Part shown: positions 59,401 through 64,000 of the stretch, one piece after another | Layout: every line of letters begins with the position of its first letter | Position numbering within the stretch: the first letter of the stretch is position 1 | Assembly: GCA_002269645.1 (NCBI GenBank) | Contig: NIVC01001777.1 | Coordinates: forward strand, 91,429 to 155,428 | Direction: 5' to 3' | DNA: 64,000 nt | DNA from: Macrostomum lignano | Taxonomy: Eukaryota | Notes under the pieces: model-generated | Database searches by the model: none | What the model saw: the letters and a program-made list of their open reading frames with translations, nothing else | Told to the model about the DNA's origin: nothing | Translations under genes and position numbers: made by a program

Positions 59401-60049
59401 GTGCAGTGGAAGAAGCAGAGCAGTTATAGGAGCAGAGTTAGAGTTCAGGAGCCAAGAGGCTCTGAAAATAACAAAATACACGTACCGCAGTCCTCACGGG
59501 TCGCTGACGAGTTGCGAGCTGATAAGAATTAGATAAAGTGCAACCCAGAAATATTGTAAATAAATAAGTAATTCGCGTCAAGGCAGATTCACAAGTCACC
59601 CAGCCACAGATACTAAATATGCATTTGCCAATCAAGGCAGCCCAACTAAGTTCTTTTTATCGATAAATGGATGCCTAATTGATTCTAATAGCCAGTAAGG
59701 TGCCATTAGTAAGTGGCATTAACAGCAACTTCATCTACTGTTTACCAATGTGCGCTTGGTAAACAGTAATTTTTTTAACTATGTCGGATTCCAGTTATCC
59801 AGCTCATTAGTTGCTTAGAGTATTTGCAAGTAGCCTATAGATTCCCGAAGTGTAATGCGATCCAGAAAAAAGATTGCTATAGAAACAAATTGCAGAAAAA
59901 TATTTTGCGAATTAATGCAAATATTTGCTTGGGTGATAGTCTGGTAATTTTTTAAATTTATTACAGGTATGCTGTTTCAATTTAAAAGAAAGCAAAGCCT
60001 TGTGTTATATAATTCTTTGAGAAATTGTGTAAACTGAAAGGCTAATTGC

Positions 60050-60795
60050 AGAGACAGGCGCCCACCACGAGACAAAGGCGCCCACCAAGAGACAGGGGCC
60101 TATCAAGAGACAGGGCGCCCACCAAGAGACAGGGGCGCCCACCAAGAGACAGGGGCGCCCACCAAGAGACAGGGGCGCCCACCAAGAGACAGGGACGCCC
60201 ACCAAGAGACAGGGGCGCCCACCAATAGACAGGGCGCCCACCAAGAGACAGGGGCGCCCACCAAGAGACAGGGGCGCCCACCAAGAGACAGGGGCGCCCA
60301 CCAAGAGACAGGGGCCCACCAAGAGACAAAGGCGCCCACCAAGAGACAAAGGCGCCCACCAAGAGACAGGGGCCGCCCACCAAGAGACAGGGGCCGCCCA
60401 CCAAGAGACAGGGGCGCCCACCAAGAGACGGGGGCGCCCACCAAGAGACAGGGACGCCCACCAAGAGACAGGGGCGCCCACCAAGAGACAGGGACGCCCA
60501 CCAAGAGACAAGGGACGCCCACCAAGAGACAGGGACGCCCACCAAGAGACAGGGACGCCCACCAAGAGACGGGGGCGCCCACCAAGAGACAGGGACGCCC
60601 ACCAAGAGACGGGGGCGCCCACCAAGAGACAGGGACGCCCACCAAGAGACGGGGGCGCCCACCAAGAGACGGGGGCGCCCACCAAGAGACGGGGGCGCCC
60701 ACCAAGAGACGGGGGCGCCCACCAAGAGACGGGGGCGCCCACCAAAAGACGGGGGCGCCCACCAAGAGACAGGGGCCGCCAACTCGGAGACAGAG
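60050..60795. repeat. 20-bp GC-rich minisatellite (CACCAAGAGACAGGGGCGCC)
   Basis: About 36 copies. Confidence 0.95.
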
Positions 60796-61495
60796 GCGCC
60801 CACCCAAATATCTCAACTTCGGAGTTCCGAATTTCAAATAAAACAAGCATGCGTTCCCCTCGAGCGGGCGCTCACAAGTTTATCAAGCAATATTTTCACT
60901 GAAATTCTGCACAAGACAGGCAGGCAAGCAACGCTCCGGGTTATCTCGACCGGATTTGTCTATGGCCAAACTCCATTTAGCGCTAAGGTAAAACAACTCT
61001 GCGAACTCTCTGCGTTCGTGATTTCAAGTTTGACAAAAAATCAAAATTTGTTTCCCTAGATAACTTTAAAAATCTTGGGGGTAAAGTTCGGGTTCGAGCT
61101 CCTGGAATGCTTCCCCAAGCCCCGAAAAACCCGAAAACCTCTACAAGAACCTGATCCATCCGTTACAAAGCAGATTCAGTGTGCAACTCCCAGACGTGCC
61201 CATCGCACAATCCGCGCCACGTCACGACTCCGACGGATCCGCGGGCGTGAAAAGTGCAGCAGACGAATAGGAAATTTCCACGGTGGAACAGAAACCTGCC
61301 CCAGGGCATGGCGCAGGAAAGAAAGAAATGCTCCTAGAAAGTCTTTACGATCCGCAGTTGGTCAGAGGGAGCATTATTTGAACGAGAATTCGGAATGGCA
61401 ATAATTTCTTGGGGGCACTAATTATAAGGCTGTTCAGTTAGCGCATCAATGATGTTTTATACTATATTTTTACTACGGTTTTCGTAACTCAGGGA

Positions 61496-63190
61496 CACCA
61501 AGGGGCTTTAGCACCAAGGGGCTTTAGCACCAAGGGGCTTTAGCACCAAGGGGCTTTAGCACCAAGGGGCTTTAGCACCAAGGGGCTTTAGCACCAAGGG
61601 GCTTTAGCACCAAGGGGCTTTAGCACCAAGGGGCTTTAGCACCAAGGGGCTTTAGCACCAAGGGGCTTTAGCACCAAGGGGCTTTAGCACCAAGGGGCTT
61701 TAGCACCAAGGGGCTTTAGCACCAAGGGGCTTTAGCACCAAGGGGCTTTAGCACCAAGGGGCTTTAGCACCAAGGGGCTTTAGCACCAAGGGGCTTTAGC
61801 ACCAAGGGGCTTTAGCACCAAGGGGCTTTAGCACCAAGGGGCTTTAGCACCAAGGGGCTTTAGCACCAAGGGGCTTTAGCACCAAGGGGCTTTAGCACCA
61901 AGGGGCTTTAGCACCAAGGGGCTTTAGCACCAAGGGCTTTAGCACCAAGGGGCTTTAGCACCAAGGGGCTTTAGCACCAAGGGGCTTTAGCACCAAGGGG
62001 CTTTAGCACCAAGGGGCTTTAGCACCAAGGGGCTTTAGCACCAAGGGGCTTTAGCACCAAGGGGCTTTAGCACCAAGGGGCTTTAGCACCAAGGGGCTTT
62101 AGCACCAAGGGGCTTTAGCACCAAGGGGCTTTAGCACCAAGGGGCTTTAGCACCAAGGGGCTTTAGCACCAAGGGGCTTTAGCACCAAGGGGCTTTAGCA
62201 CCAAGGGGCTTTAGCACCAAGGGGCTTTAGCACCAAGGGGCTTTAGCACCAAGGGGCTTTAGCACCAAGGGGCTTTAGCACCAAGGGGCTTTAGCACCAA
62301 GGGGCTTTAGCACCAAGGGGCTTTAGCACCAAGGGGCTTTAGCACCAAGGGGCTTTAGCACCAAGGGGCTTTAGCACCAAGGGGCTTTAGCACCAAGGGG
62401 CTTTAGCACCAAGGGGCTTTAGCACCAAGGGGCTTTAGCACCAAGGGGCTTTAGCACCAAGGGGCTTTAGCACCAAGGGGCTTTAGCACCAAGGGGCTTT
62501 AGCACCAAGGGGCTTTAGCACCAAGGGGCTTTAGCACCAAGGGGCTTTAGCACCAAGGGGCTTTAGCACCAAGGGGCTTTAGCACCAAGGGGCTTTAGCA
62601 CCAAGGGGCTTTAGCACCAAGGGGCTTTAGCACCAAGGGGCTTTAGCACCAAGGGGCTTTAGCACCAAGGGGCTTTAGCACCAAGGGGCTTTAGCACCAA
62701 GGGGCTTTAGCACCAAGGGGCTTTAGCACCAAGGGGCTTTAGCACCAAGGGGCTTTAGCACCAAGGGGCTTTAGCACCAAGGGGCTTTAGCACCAAGGGG
62801 CTTTAGCACCAAGGGGCTTTAGCACCAAGGGGCTTTAGCACCAAGGGGCTTTAGCACCAAGGGGCTTTAGCACCAAGGGGCTTTAGCACCAAGGGGCTTT
62901 AGCACCAAGGGGCTTTAGCACCAAGGGGCTTTAGCACCAAGGGGCTTTAGCACCAAGGGGCTTTAGCACCAAGGGGCTTTAGCACCAAGGGGCTTTAGCA
63001 CCAAGGGGCTTTAGCACCAAGGGGCTTTAGCACCAAGGGGCTTTAGCACCAAGGGGCTTTAGCACCAAGGGGCTTTAGCACCAAGGGGCTTTAGCACCAA
63101 GGGGCTTTAGCACCAGGGGCTTTATCACCAAGAAATACTATGTTAGGAGCTTTAGCACAAAGGGGCTTTAGCACCAGGAGCTTTAGCGCC
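61496..63190. repeat. 16-bp satellite (CACCAAGGGGCTTTAG), ~100 nearly identical copies
   Basis: Read directly; one 15-bp variant near 61931 and a degenerate right end. Confidence 0.98.
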
Positions 63191-64000
63191 AGAGGCGCCA
63201 GCATGATATCCAATTTGATATATATACACAGTGCATTCTTCGAAGGGTAATTTTGTTTTTTTAAACCTGCTAATAAGCTTCTACGAGTATATAGCTCGCA
63301 AACTGGATTACAGCATAGGAACTAGGTAATTGTTATTTACAACAGGTGTTCTAAGGCTCGGAGGATGGTCATTGAAAAAACGCAGGCTGTAGAGAGAGCT
63401 ACCTGCAGACAGCTTATTTATCCTACTGGCTTTTTTATCCGCTGTGGCCAAATTTGGCAAACGCGTTCAAAATGCAGTTATTTGGTTTCATCGGGTGTGT
63501 AGCTACGTGCTCGACTCCACAAGGACCACACAAGCCAAGTATATGTAGTTTGCTAGCTGCCGGACTGCCTTTATATCGTGCACTTTTAAGTTTTGCTGGT
63601 ACAGATTTTCTGATTTTCGTTGCTTTTTTAGTCAAAAAAGCTACACTTTAATTCAGTTTTAACAGTTCAACGCATCAACTTAGCCTGAAGATAGGAAAGT
63701 CAGGACCGCTGTACACCCCGCGTGAGCGTGGTCGGGGAATATCGGAATTGGCCTGACTGCTTTTGCTTGCCTCCTTGCTGTGCTGGCGGTCGACCGTCCT
63801 CTTGAGTTGGTACATCACACGCATTAACCAAAAGCTACAATTTGCTGGCTTCGTTGGCACGAGCTGCTAGTAGTATCGATATTTTCTGCTTTTTCTAGAG
63901 TGCAATAACGTGTTTTCTTTCGTGTTTCCTGCATGCTTTTGGCAGCTTTCGAAGTGATACAATTTGTAGCCTATATCACTGCTGCTGATGCCCGGTTCCT

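Noticed and set aside
61075-61110. tRNA B-box-like GGTTCGAGCTCC
   Set aside because: No A-box or cloverleaf.

Overview
Animal nuclear DNA with minisatellite-filled introns. A near-perfect match to the Macrostomum spliced-leader (SL) sequence, recalled from memory, suggests a macrostomid flatworm (inference). Host genes: CFAP52/WDR16 (minus, 6 exons visible, 3' part outside the window), casein kinase 1 delta/epsilon (plus, two candidate alternative last exons), a 9-finger C2H2 zinc-finger gene, and a sex-peptide/MIP-receptor-like rhodopsin GPCR split by a 16.9-kb intron. Mobile DNA: a BEL/Pao LTR retrotransposon inside a CFAP52 intron (5' LTR, tRNA-iMet PBS, gag-pol with two frameshifts), four Tc1/mariner-type relics, a hAT MITE, a 4.9-kb CAC...GTG non-autonomous DNA transposon carrying five ~666-bp tandem units, and about 25 micro/minisatellite arrays. 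Top candidate for a new system: the retrotransposon LTR carries a genome-encoded copy of the host SL exon (31/35 nt, 25-nt perfect core) 13 nt from its end, just before the PBS. Second: related satellite arrays recur as inverted pairs, one pair bracketing a frame-symmetric CFAP52 exon.
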